From Gaiellaceae bacterium (GTDB lineage Bacteria; Actinomycetota; Thermoleophilia; Gaiellales; Gaiellaceae): a stretch of 64,000 nt of DNA. The notes beneath the pieces are model-generated. The model was not told the DNA's origin and ran no database searches. It saw only the letters and a list, made by a program, of their open reading frames with translations. This document shows positions 17,453-25,944 of the stretch, in pieces (position 1 is the first letter of the stretch; each line of letters starts with the position of its first letter). The DNA is taken from NCBI GenBank assembly GCA_035518115.1, contig DATIXY010000084.1, forward strand, positions 1,865 to 65,864. Reading direction: 5' to 3'. The translations under genes were made by a program, and so were the position numbers.

Positions 17453-17941
17453 ATGCGCGAGCCCGTCTTCACCGAGACGATGCAGATCTCGATCGTCGTC
17501 CGCGACCTCGAGCAGACGATGCGGACGTACGTCGAGGAGTACGGCATCGGCCCGTGGGAGATCTACGAGTTCAACCCGGACACCGTGTCGGAGATGGTGA
17601 CGGCCGACGCGCCCGGCAGCTACCGGTTCCGCATCGCCGTCACGATGGTGGGGAGCGTGCAGTGGGAGCTCGTGCAGCCGCTCGAGGACGAGGGCGTCTT
17701 CGCCGAGTTCCTGGCGACCAAGGGCGAGGGGGTGCATCACGTCGCCGTCGGCGGGCGCGGCTATGCCGAGACGCTCGAGGCGCTGCGCGCCAGGGGCCAC
17801 GGCGTCGTCCAGGGCGGCCACTACAACGGCGTCACGTTCGCGTACGTCGCCACCGAGCCCGACCTCGGCGTGATCACCGAGATCTTCGACTGGCCGGACG
17901 GCCTGTCGCAGCGGCCTGACGCGGTCTACCCGCCGAATTAG
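17453..17941 (+). CDS. VOC (glyoxalase/bleomycin resistance/dioxygenase) family protein
   Basis: The internal ATG at 17453 gives MREPVFTETMQISIVVRDLEQTMRTY...WELVQPLEDEGVFAEFLATKGEGVHHVAV, a VOC beta-alpha-beta-beta-beta pattern. The upstream part of the track ORF overlaps the ADH on the opposite strand. Confidence 0.8.
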   Translation: MREPVFTETMQISIVVRDLEQTMRTYVEEYGIGPWEIYEFNPDTVSEMVTADAPGSYRFRIAVTMVGSVQWELVQPLEDEGVFAEFLATKGEGVHHVAVGGRGYAETLEALRARGHGVVQGGHYNGVTFAYVATEPDLGVITEIFDWPDGLSQRPDAVYPPN

Positions 17942-19716
17942 TCGCCGAGCGGGATCGGCTCGGCGTCCGACGCCGGCTGGCCGATGATCCGCGGCCCGCG
18001 CGACCACGACGCGACCGCCGCGACGAGGCAGGCACAGGCGGCGAACAGGAACGCCTCGTGCAGGCCGTCCCGGAACGGCTGCGTGATCAGCTGCGGGAAG
18101 AAGCCGCGGCTGGTCAGCGTGGCCGCATTCGCGTGCGAGAGGTGATGCAGGACGCCGGCGGGGACGAGCCGCGCGACGGGGCTGTAGCCGAGGAACGTCG
18201 CGAAGAGCACCGACACCGGCGGAAGAGCGGCGACGCGGTGCGCGGTCGCCGCCGGGACGCCGTGCGCGGTGAGGCCCGCGGCGAGCGTGTGCGGCAGCGT
18301 GCCGGAGAGCCCGACGATCATCAGCGTGAAGAAGATCCCGATCGACAGCACCTGGGCGGAGTTCTGGAACGTCTGGTTCATGCCGCCTCCGGCGCCGCGG
18401 TGCTGCGCCGGCAGGCTGTTCATCACGGCCGCGCGGTTCGGCGACGCGAATGCGCCCATCGACAGCCCCATCAGGAGCAGGATCGCCGCGAAGGCCCCGT
18501 ACGAGAAGTCGATCGGCAGCATCGCGAGCAGCAGGAAGGCGATCGCCGACGCGACCATCCCCCCCGTCGCGAGGAACCGCGAGCCGTGGCGGTCCGAGAG
18601 GTACCCGGAGACCGGCCCGGCGATCAGGAACCCGACGGTCAGCGGCAGGATGTAGATGCCTGCCCAGAACGGAGTGCGCTCGAAGCTGTAGCCGTGCTGC
18701 GGCAGCCAGATCCCCTGCAGCCAGATGATGAGCATGAACATCAGGCCGCCGCGGGCGATCGCCGAGAGGAAGCTCGAGAAGACCCCGAACGTGTAGGCGC
18801 GGATCCTGAAGAGCGGGAGCTTGAACATCGGGTGCGAGACGCGCCGCTCGACGAGCACGAAGGCGAAGAGAAGCAGCACGCCGAGGCTCAGGCACATGTC
18901 GACGAACGGATTCGTCCAGCCCATCGGGTGGCCGCCGTACGGCCGGATCCCGTAGGTGATCCCGATCATCACGAGGACGAGACCGAGCGCGAAGGTCGCG
19001 TTGCCGAGCCAGTCGATCGGTGCGCGCTCGGGCAGGCTCGTCTCGCGCAGCTTCAGATACGACCAGATCGTCCCGAACGCACCGAAGGGGACGGAGACCA
19101 GGAAGATCAGCCGCCAGTCGATCGGCGCCAGCACCCCGCCGAGCACGAGGCCGATGAACTGGCCGCTGATGCCGACGACGTTGGTGATCCCGAGCGCGAG
19201 CCCGCGCTGGTTCTGCGGGAAGGCGTCGGTGAGGATCGCCGCGGACTGCCCGATCAGGAACGCTGCGCCGACGCCCTGCACGACCCTGAACGCGATCAAC
19301 CAGTCGGCGCCGGCTCGCCCGTGCATCCAGTCGATCGCGAGCAACAGCGACGAGACCGTGTAGATGACGAAGCCGAGGTTGTACATCCGCACGCGCCCGT
19401 AGAGATCGCCGAGCCTGCCGACGCCGACGACGAGCACGCTCGAGACGACCAGGAAGCCGAGGATCATCCAGAGCAGGTAGAAGCTGTTGCCCGGCTGCAG
19501 CGGATCGAGGTGGATGCCGCGGAAGATCGCGGGCATCGCAATCAGCATGATCGAGGCGTCGATCGTCGCGAGCAGGACCCCGAGCGTCGTGTTCGAGAGC
19601 GCGACCCACTTGTAGCCGGCGCCCGGAGCGGCGACGGCAGCCGACGAGGAATTGACAGGCAGACTGCTCAGCTTACCTGTATAGTTGGGCGTGGTGAGCC
19701 GGACGCTCGATCTCAC
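17938..19716 (-). CDS. MFS transporter, DHA2 (EmrB/QacA, 14-TMS) family
   Basis: WVALSNTTLGVLLATIDASIMLIAMPAIFRGI..., LGRLGDLYGR and many TM segments. The start is ambiguous: GTG at 19716 would overlap the divergent marR start. In-frame CTG codons at 19671 and 19662 are the only codons nearer TM1. Confidence 0.85.
   Translation of the reverse strand: MRSSVRLTTPNYTGKLSSLPVNSSSAAVAAPGAGYKWVALSNTTLGVLLATIDASIMLIAMPAIFRGIHLDPLQPGNSFYLLWMILGFLVVSSVLVVGVGRLGDLYGRVRMYNLGFVIYTVSSLLLAIDWMHGRAGADWLIAFRVVQGVGAAFLIGQSAAILTDAFPQNQRGLALGITNVVGISGQFIGLVLGGVLAPIDWRLIFLVSVPFGAFGTIWSYLKLRETSLPERAPIDWLGNATFALGLVLVMIGITYGIRPYGGHPMGWTNPFVDMCLSLGVLLLFAFVLVERRVSHPMFKLPLFRIRAYTFGVFSSFLSAIARGGLMFMLIIWLQGIWLPQHGYSFERTPFWAGIYILPLTVGFLIAGPVSGYLSDRHGSRFLATGGMVASAIAFLLLAMLPIDFSYGAFAAILLLMGLSMGAFASPNRAAVMNSLPAQHRGAGGGMNQTFQNSAQVLSIGIFFTLMIVGLSGTLPHTLAAGLTAHGVPAATAHRVAALPPVSVLFATFLGYSPVARLVPAGVLHHLSHANAATLTSRGFFPQLITQPFRDGLHEAFLFAACACLVAAVASWSRGPRIIGQPASDAEPIPLGD
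19652..19685 (+). promoter_or_regulatory. putative marR promoter (TATAGT -10, probably leaderless)
   Basis: TATAGT at 19680-19685 is preceded by TG (78-79), and TTGACA lies at 19652-57, although the 22-nt spacing is too long for a classical -35. GTG codons at 19691 and 19694 sit 6-9 nt downstream of the -10, which suggests a leaderless mRNA. Confidence 0.35.
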
Positions 19717-20119
19717 ACGGTCGGCGAGCGAGCTGCGGATCGTCCTCGGCCAGCTGGTCCGGAGGTTGCGCGCCGAGCACACCTTCTCGATCTCCCAGGG
19801 CGTCGTCCTCGCACGCCTCGACCGCGAAGGCCCGCAGACGACGAGCGCACTGGCGACCGCCGAACGCGTCCGACCGCAGTCGATGGCGCAGACGGTGGCG
19901 GAGCTCCAGTCGGCGGGCCTCGTGTCGCGCACGCCCGATCCGACCGACGGCCGCCGCGTGCTGATCGAGCTGACGGCCGGCGGGCGGGACGCTCTCGCCG
20001 CCGACCGGCGCCGCCGGGAGGGCTGGCTGGCCGAGGCGATGGCTGCGGAGCTCACACCCGAGGAGCAGGAAACGCTGATCCGGGCCGTCCCCCTGCTCCG
20101 GCGGCTCGCTCAACTCTGA
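19691..20119 (+). CDS. MarR family transcriptional regulator
   Basis: LDLTRSASELRIVLGQLVRRLR...ISQGVVLARLDREGPQTTSALATAERVRPQSMAQTVAELQSAGLVSRTPDPTDGRRVLIELTAGG is a winged-helix MarR pattern. It is divergent from the MFS pump. The track start TTG at 19685 lies inside the -10 box, so I prefer the GTG at 19691. Confidence 0.85.
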   Translation: MVSRTLDLTRSASELRIVLGQLVRRLRAEHTFSISQGVVLARLDREGPQTTSALATAERVRPQSMAQTVAELQSAGLVSRTPDPTDGRRVLIELTAGGRDALAADRRRREGWLAEAMAAELTPEEQETLIRAVPLLRRLAQL

Positions 20120-20134
20120 CGAAGCGGAGGGCTC

Positions 20135-20809
20135 ATGAAGATTCGCTGGTACGGCCAGTCGGCGTTCCTCGTCAGCGGCGCGCATCGCGTCGCGATCGAC
20201 CCGTTCGGCTCGATGGAGCTGGCCGCCTCGCGCGGGCTCGTGTTCGAGTACCCGCCGATCGAAGGGCTCGAGGCCGACGTCCTGCTGATCACTCACGAGC
20301 ACGGCGACCACAACGGCGCCGAGGTCGTGGGAGGCTCGCCACTCACGATCCGCGCGACCGCGGGGACGTTCGAGTCGCCGATCGGCACGATCACGGCCGT
20401 TGCATCCGAGCACGACGACGCAGCCGGGACGCAGCGCGGACCGAACGCGATCATGTGCTTCGCGCTCGACGGTCTCAGGGTCTGCCACTTCGGCGACTAC
20501 GGGCAGGCGGCACTTCGCCCGGAGCAGCGCTCGGCGATCGGCGACGTCGACGTTCTCTTCCTTCCTGTCGGCGGCGGGCCGACGATCGGCGGCGAGCAGT
20601 CCGCGTTGATCGTCCGCGAGCTCGGCCCGCGGCTCGTCGTGCCGATGCACTACCGGACGGCGGCGGTCAACTTCCTCGATCCGCCGGACGCCTTCCTCGA
20701 GGCGGTGGACGGCGACGTCGTGCACGCGGAGACGAGCGAGGTCGAGGTCGACCGCGTGATCGGCGAGCCGGGCGCGACGAAGACCGTCGTGCTCGACCCG
20801 CCCGCCTAG
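20135..20809 (+). CDS. MBL-fold metallo-hydrolase (UPF0173-like)
   Basis: 224 aa with ITHEHGDH (HxHxDH motif). GGAGGG lies upstream of the ATG. Confidence 0.85.
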   Translation: MKIRWYGQSAFLVSGAHRVAIDPFGSMELAASRGLVFEYPPIEGLEADVLLITHEHGDHNGAEVVGGSPLTIRATAGTFESPIGTITAVASEHDDAAGTQRGPNAIMCFALDGLRVCHFGDYGQAALRPEQRSAIGDVDVLFLPVGGGPTIGGEQSALIVRELGPRLVVPMHYRTAAVNFLDPPDAFLEAVDGDVVHAETSEVEVDRVIGEPGATKTVVLDPPA

Positions 20810-21747
20810 ACCACCTGCACCGAGTAGGCGGCGGTCAGCGCGCCCGCGAGCAGGAGCAGCACCGCGGCTACCCGAAGCGTGCTGCGGACGGCGAGGGACG
20901 GCGCGACCACCCGGGCGGCGACGAACGCGGCGGCTGCCCCGGCGACGAGCAGCAGCGCAACTGCCAGCTCGGCCCAGTCGAACGGCGCAGGCACGGCGAA
21001 GTCGATGCCGTGCAGCGCCGGCAGCGCCCGGCCGCCGGCCAGCGGCAGACGCGAGCCGACCGCCGCGCCCGCCTGCGCCTCGGTCACGTACCCGTTTCTG
21101 ACCATCGACCGGAGCACGGCGACCTGCCGGTCGCGCGCGCCGCGGGGATCGGTCAGCGGGTCGTAGGCGGTCGGCGCCTGAACCAGCCCGGCGAGCAGGC
21201 TCGCCTGTGCGAGATCGAGGCGGGAGACGTCGCGGCCGAAGTACCGGTGGGCGGCGCTCTCGACGCCGTACGCGCCGTCGCCGAAGTACGCGACGTTGAG
21301 GTAGTCGTCGAGCACCTGCTCGTGGTCGTAGTGATGCCCGATGCGGAACCCGAGCGCGATGTCGGTCAGCTTCCGCCACGGCGAATGGTCGTTGCCCTGC
21401 AGATACGCGAGCTTCCCCAGCTGCTCGGTGATCGTGCTCGCGCCCTGCGCAAGTGAGAGATGGACGACGTCGTAGGGGACCGCCCGGGCCAGAGCGATGA
21501 CGTCGACGCCGCGGTTGTCGTAGAAGCGCTCGTCCTCCGTCGCGACCACCGCCTCCCGGAGGGTCGCCGGGATCCGTGTGATCGGAACCGGGTCGGCCCC
21601 GTTTGCCCGTTCGATCGACGTCAGCCGCGCCGGCAGGTCGGCGACTGAGGGCGCCCGTAGCAAGGCGACCGCGAACACCCCGGCGAGGGCGGCGACCACG
21701 AGGAGCACGCCCGGCAGGAGCAGGCGGCGAAACGGGCGCGCGGCCAC
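20806..21747 (-). CDS. monofunctional peptidoglycan glycosyltransferase (GT51 transglycosylase domain protein)
   Basis: An N-terminal TM anchor, then ATEDERFYDNRGVD, GASTITEQL and RKL.....A..IE-like blocks of GT51. The C-terminus is hydrophobic. Confidence 0.85.
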   Translation of the reverse strand: MAARPFRRLLLPGVLLVVAALAGVFAVALLRAPSVADLPARLTSIERANGADPVPITRIPATLREAVVATEDERFYDNRGVDVIALARAVPYDVVHLSLAQGASTITEQLGKLAYLQGNDHSPWRKLTDIALGFRIGHHYDHEQVLDDYLNVAYFGDGAYGVESAAHRYFGRDVSRLDLAQASLLAGLVQAPTAYDPLTDPRGARDRQVAVLRSMVRNGYVTEAQAGAAVGSRLPLAGGRALPALHGIDFAVPAPFDWAELAVALLLVAGAAAAFVAARVVAPSLAVRSTLRVAAVLLLLAGALTAAYSVQVV

Positions 21748-21784
21748 ACCGGGATGGTAGGCCGCGCGCCCGCCGCACCGAGCC

Positions 21785-23314
21785 TCAGAAGTGGATCGGC
21801 ACCTCTTCGGGCACGTAGTCGAGCGAGCCTTCCTCGGCGACCTCGAGCTTGCGCGAGAAGAACTCTCGGTACTTGATCGCGCAGAGGATGGCGAGCGGGA
21901 CGCCGAGCAGGAGCGAGCCGATGCCGATCACGATCGGGATCTGGATCCCGAACAGCGGCGCCGCGTAGCCCGCACCCGTCTGGCTGTAGTCGTGGAACGC
22001 CTTGACGAAGATCGCGGCCATCACGCCGAACCCGACGAACGGGATGATCCCAGCAGCGAGGAAGTGCTTCCAGCTCTTCACGAGCTCCTTGCGGAAGTAG
22101 ACGACGCAGATCAGGCCCGTGAAGCCGTAGTAGAACAGGATGGCGAAGCCAACTGCGGTGATCGAGTCGCCGAGGACGTCCTGCGACGAGTTGAACGCGA
22201 CGAGCAGCACCGTGAACACGATCGAGAGGCCGCCCATGGCGAGCGTCGAGACGTCGGGTGTCAGGTTGCGTGGATGGATGTGCCCGAACACCGACGGGAT
22301 CGCCTTCCAGCGCGCCATCGACAATGTCGTCCTGGCCGTGGGCAGGATCGTCGTCTGCGTCGACGCCGACGCCGACGTGAGCACCGCGATGATCAGCAGC
22401 TTGTCCCACGGCGAGCCGAACACCGAGCCTCCCAGGACGCGCAGGACGTCGTTCGAGTTGTCGATCAGCACCTGCGTGCCCCCGTATGCCTGAGCCGACG
22501 CGCCGACGACGAGGTAGATCGCGAGCAGGATCAGCGTCGACAGCACGGCCGCACGGCCGGGCGCCTCGGCCGAGCTCTCGGTCTCTTCGTTGACCATCAC
22601 ACCGGAATCCCAGCCCCAGTAGATGAAGATGCCGAGCAGCATCCCGTCGACCAGCGGGCTGAAGCCGAGCGCGAACGGGTTGAACCATTCGAAGCTCGGG
22701 TGCACGGAGTGCGCCGGATTGTTCACGTAGACCTTGACCAGCGCGACGATCGCGAACGCCGCGAGGATCAGGATCTCGGCCGCGAGGAGGAACTGCTGGA
22801 CGCGGGCGGAGAGCTCGATACCGCGCCAGCAGATCCAGGTCATGACGGCGATCCAGACCGTGGCGCCGATGAGGATCCAGAAGGTCGAGTTCGCTCCGTG
22901 GTCCCACCCGAACAGCAGGTACGTGTACGTGGAGGCGATCACGGACAGCGACGCCATCACGATCACGTCGGCGACGAAGATCGCCCACCCGTTCAACCAG
23001 CCCACCCACGGCCCCATCGCACGCGTGCCCCACGCGAACGTCGTGCCGCAGTCCGGGTCGGCACGGTTGAGGTACTTGTAGGCGAACGCGATCAGCAGGA
23101 TCGGAACGAACGAGACGAGCAGCACCGCCGGGGCGTGGAATCCCATCCCGTTGACCGCGACGATGAAGCCGAGCGTCGCTGCGAGCGAGTAGGCAGGCGC
23201 CGTCGAGGCGATGCCGATGACGAGATTCGAGAGGAAGCCGATCGCGTCGCGCTTCAGGCCCTTGTCGCCGACCAGCGCGCCGGCGGGCTCGGCGTGGTGC
23301 TCAACTACTGCCAT
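21785..23314 (-). CDS. APC family amino acid permease
   Basis: The ATG at 23314 is preceded by GAGAGGAGAC. The product is a 12-TM-like protein (FLSNLVIGIASTAPAYSLAATLG...). Confidence 0.9.
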   Translation of the reverse strand: MAVVEHHAEPAGALVGDKGLKRDAIGFLSNLVIGIASTAPAYSLAATLGFIVAVNGMGFHAPAVLLVSFVPILLIAFAYKYLNRADPDCGTTFAWGTRAMGPWVGWLNGWAIFVADVIVMASLSVIASTYTYLLFGWDHGANSTFWILIGATVWIAVMTWICWRGIELSARVQQFLLAAEILILAAFAIVALVKVYVNNPAHSVHPSFEWFNPFALGFSPLVDGMLLGIFIYWGWDSGVMVNEETESSAEAPGRAAVLSTLILLAIYLVVGASAQAYGGTQVLIDNSNDVLRVLGGSVFGSPWDKLLIIAVLTSASASTQTTILPTARTTLSMARWKAIPSVFGHIHPRNLTPDVSTLAMGGLSIVFTVLLVAFNSSQDVLGDSITAVGFAILFYYGFTGLICVVYFRKELVKSWKHFLAAGIIPFVGFGVMAAIFVKAFHDYSQTGAGYAAPLFGIQIPIVIGIGSLLLGVPLAILCAIKYREFFSRKLEVAEEGSLDYVPEEVPIHF

Positions 23315-23389
23315 CGGGGTCTCCTCTCGGGCGGGGTGGGTCTCACCCGCAAACTTAAACGGCCGGGCGGCCACCGGATGGCGGTTGCG

Positions 23390-23875
23390 TTACGCGCGCG
23401 TAAAGTCGTTGATCCAGTTCGTCTCCCAGCTTGCCCCGCCGTCCTCGGAGAACGCCTGTTCCCAGCGCGGCGAACCGGTAGTGACCCGCGACCACGTGTA
23501 ACGGACGCGGATCGAACGCCCCTCGAACGTGTCTTCACACTCGAAGATGCCGACGTCGCCTGCGAACGCGCCGACGACCGGCGGCTCGAGCGGGCCCGGA
23601 AAGCGGCTGTCCGCCCAGTAGATCGACCACGTGCGCGCCGTCGGATCGAACAGGCGCAGCGACATCCCGGCATAGCCGCCGCCGAAATCGGTGTGGAACT
23701 CGTCGACGTTGCCGAGCCCATCGAGGAGCGGCCAAGCGACGCTCGTTCCGGTCAGCTCCACCCACTCGTCGCAGCCTGCGAGCCGCTCCCGGAGCCGGCG
23801 GCCCGCCACCGTCCAGCGGCCCATCCAGAAATCGAAGTCCCGTGCGCTCGACGCCTCGGGTGCGTGCACGACCAT
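23390..23875 (-). CDS. hypothetical protein (DUF1579-like beta-barrel)
   Basis: The ATG at 23875 is preceded by AAGGAGG. DFDFWMGRWTV...FHTDFGGGYAGMSLRLFDP..WSIYWADS resembles the DUF1579 family as I recall it. Third codon positions are GC-rich. Confidence 0.7.
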   Translation of the reverse strand: MVVHAPEASSARDFDFWMGRWTVAGRRLRERLAGCDEWVELTGTSVAWPLLDGLGNVDEFHTDFGGGYAGMSLRLFDPTARTWSIYWADSRFPGPLEPPVVGAFAGDVGIFECEDTFEGRSIRVRYTWSRVTTGSPRWEQAFSEDGGASWETNWINDFTRA

Positions 23876-23960
23876 CTCGTCCTCCTTCGTCGGATGTACC
23901 GCGCGAGCGTAGGTCACGATTAGGGCGATTCTCGCCCGCTATTGTCATGAGGCTTCGACC

Positions 23961-24920
23961 GTGCCGACGCCGACGTCACGCCTGCTCGAACTGCTCGAGC
24001 TGCTGCAGTCGCGGCCCCTGACGACGGGGCGCGAGATCGCCGAGCGCCTCGGCGTCGACCGGCGCACGGTCAGGCGCTACGTGAACGCGCTCGAGGACCT
24101 GGGCATCCCGATCGAGGGGCAGCGCGGCGTCGGCGGCGGCTATCGCATCCGTCCCGGTTTCCGCCTGCCGCCGCTCATGCTCGACGAGGACGAGGTCCTG
24201 GCGGTCTCGCTCGGGCTCCTCGCCGCCGGCCGCTTCCGACTCGCGGGCGAGGAGGCCGCCGTCGAGCGCGCGCTCGACAAGGTGCACCGCGTGCTCCCCG
24301 ACACGATCCGCCGCAGGATCGAAGCGCTCGAGACGACGGTGGCGTTCGCGGCACGTCCCGCCGGCGGGGCGCCGATCGGGAGCGACATGGCGTTGCTGCT
24401 CGCCGACGCGATCCACCGCAGGCGCCGGCTCACGATGACGTACGTCTCGTTCGCCGGCGAGCGGTCGGAGCGCGTTCTGAGCCCGTTCGGGCTCGTGATC
24501 CACGAGAGCCGCTGGTACCTCGTCGCGCACGACCATGCGCGAGACGACCTGCGGACGTTCCGGGCCGACCGGTGCAGCGAGATCGCGATCGCCGACGGCG
24601 CGCTGCACCCGCCGCCCGACGGGTTCGACGCGGTCGAGGTCGTGAGCCGATCGCTCGCGCGCGTTCCGCGGAGATGGGAGGTCGACGTGCTGCTCGACCT
24701 GCCGCTCGAGATCGCCGCGGCCCGGCTGCCGCCCGCGCTGGCCGAGCTCGCGCCCGCGGACGGCGGCACGCGCCTGCGGATGCGCGTCGACTCGCTCGAC
24801 TGGACGGCCGCGGTGCTGGCCGGCCTCGACTGCGACTTTGTCGTCGAGCAGCCCGTCGAGCTCGTCGGCGCGGTCAGGCGCGTAGCCGAGCGCCTGCGGC
24901 GGCTCAGCGCGTCAACGTGA
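23961..24920 (+). CDS. YafY family transcriptional regulator (HTH + WYL domain)
   Basis: RLLELLELLQSRPLTTGREIAERLGVDRRTVRRYVNALEDLGIPIEG..GVGGGYRI is the HTH_11/DeoR-like N-terminus. A WYL-type middle domain follows (RWYLVAHDHARDDLRTFRADR). Confidence 0.85.
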   Translation: MPTPTSRLLELLELLQSRPLTTGREIAERLGVDRRTVRRYVNALEDLGIPIEGQRGVGGGYRIRPGFRLPPLMLDEDEVLAVSLGLLAAGRFRLAGEEAAVERALDKVHRVLPDTIRRRIEALETTVAFAARPAGGAPIGSDMALLLADAIHRRRRLTMTYVSFAGERSERVLSPFGLVIHESRWYLVAHDHARDDLRTFRADRCSEIAIADGALHPPPDGFDAVEVVSRSLARVPRRWEVDVLLDLPLEIAAARLPPALAELAPADGGTRLRMRVDSLDWTAAVLAGLDCDFVVEQPVELVGAVRRVAERLRRLSAST

Positions 24921-25944
24921 CCTTGGCGAGCCCGAGCGGATGGTCGAGATCGATGCCGCGCAGCTTCGCGAGCTGCAGCGCGGCGAGCTGTCCGGGGACG
25001 ACGGCGACGAGCGGGCTGAGCCAGTCCGGAACGCCCTCGATCAACCTGAGCGCGACCTCGCCGCGCGCGAGCAGCTGCTCGTCGTCGGAGATCACGACGA
25101 GCCGCGCGCCCCGCGCAGCCACCGAGTCGATCCCTTCGCCCATCGCTGCGAATGCGGGGCCGGTTGGCGCGATCGCGAACACCGGCCAGCCGTGCCCGAT
25201 CGCCGCGACGGGCCCGTGCATCAGGTCGGCCGCCGACCAGGCCTCGACGAGCAGCCCCGACATCTCGCGGATCTTCAGCGCGGTCTCGAAGGCGGTGCAG
25301 TAGTTGACGCCGCGGGCGATCACGGTCCCGCCGTCGATGCCGCCGAGGACATCGACCGCGGCGACGTCCTGCCGCGAGCGCTCCAGCTGCCGGGCGAGCT
25401 GATCGGGCACTCGCTCGAGCTCGGCGAGCGCACGAGCATCGGACGTGGACACCGCGAAGACGAGCGCCACCGCACCCAGCGAGTTGACATACGTCTTCGT
25501 CGCCGCGACCGCCCGCTCGCTGCCTGCTTCCAGCTTCAGCACTCCGTCGGCGGCGCGCCCGAGCGGTGAGGCAGGCGCGTTGGTGAGTGCGATCGTCGGC
25601 CGCCCCTGGCGCTTCGCCTCCTCGACGACCTCGACCACGTCGGGCGACTTGCCCGACTGCGAGATGCCGATCACGAGCGCACCCTCGAGCCGCGGCGGCT
25701 GGTGGTAGAGCGTGAACAGCGACGGCGTAGCGAACGCGACCGGGATGCGCCGGGCCCGGCCGAGCAGGTACTGGGCGTAGCGGGCGGCGTTCCCCGAGCT
25801 CCCACGCGATGCGATCAGGACGTAGTGGACGTCGCTGCGATGGAACAGCTCCGCGATCCGCTCGGCGTAGCCGCGCTGCTTCGCGAGGAGCCTCGCGAGC
25901 GCCTCGGGCTGCGCACGGAGCTCGCGCTCGAGGTTCGAGCTCAC
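24904..25944 (-). CDS. SIS-domain sugar-phosphate isomerase/deaminase (GlmS C-terminal-like)
   Basis: The GTG at 25944 (GTGA overlap with the ROK regulator stop) gives a 346-aa protein with two SIS modules (VLIASRGSSGNAA...GISQSGKSPDVV...ATKTY). Confidence 0.85.
   Translation of the reverse strand: MSSNLERELRAQPEALARLLAKQRGYAERIAELFHRSDVHYVLIASRGSSGNAARYAQYLLGRARRIPVAFATPSLFTLYHQPPRLEGALVIGISQSGKSPDVVEVVEEAKRQGRPTIALTNAPASPLGRAADGVLKLEAGSERAVAATKTYVNSLGAVALVFAVSTSDARALAELERVPDQLARQLERSRQDVAAVDVLGGIDGGTVIARGVNYCTAFETALKIREMSGLLVEAWSAADLMHGPVAAIGHGWPVFAIAPTGPAFAAMGEGIDSVAARGARLVVISDDEQLLARGEVALRLIEGVPDWLSPLVAVVPGQLAALQLAKLRGIDLDHPLGLAKVTLTR

Noticed and set aside
16298-21456. Very long ORFs 16298-19609 (minus, 1103 aa) and 18058-21456 (plus, 1132 aa)
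   Set aside because: They are out-of-frame or antisense readings across ADH, VOC, MFS, MarR, MBL and GT51 genes. Their composition is Arg/Pro/Gly-dominated with no motifs.
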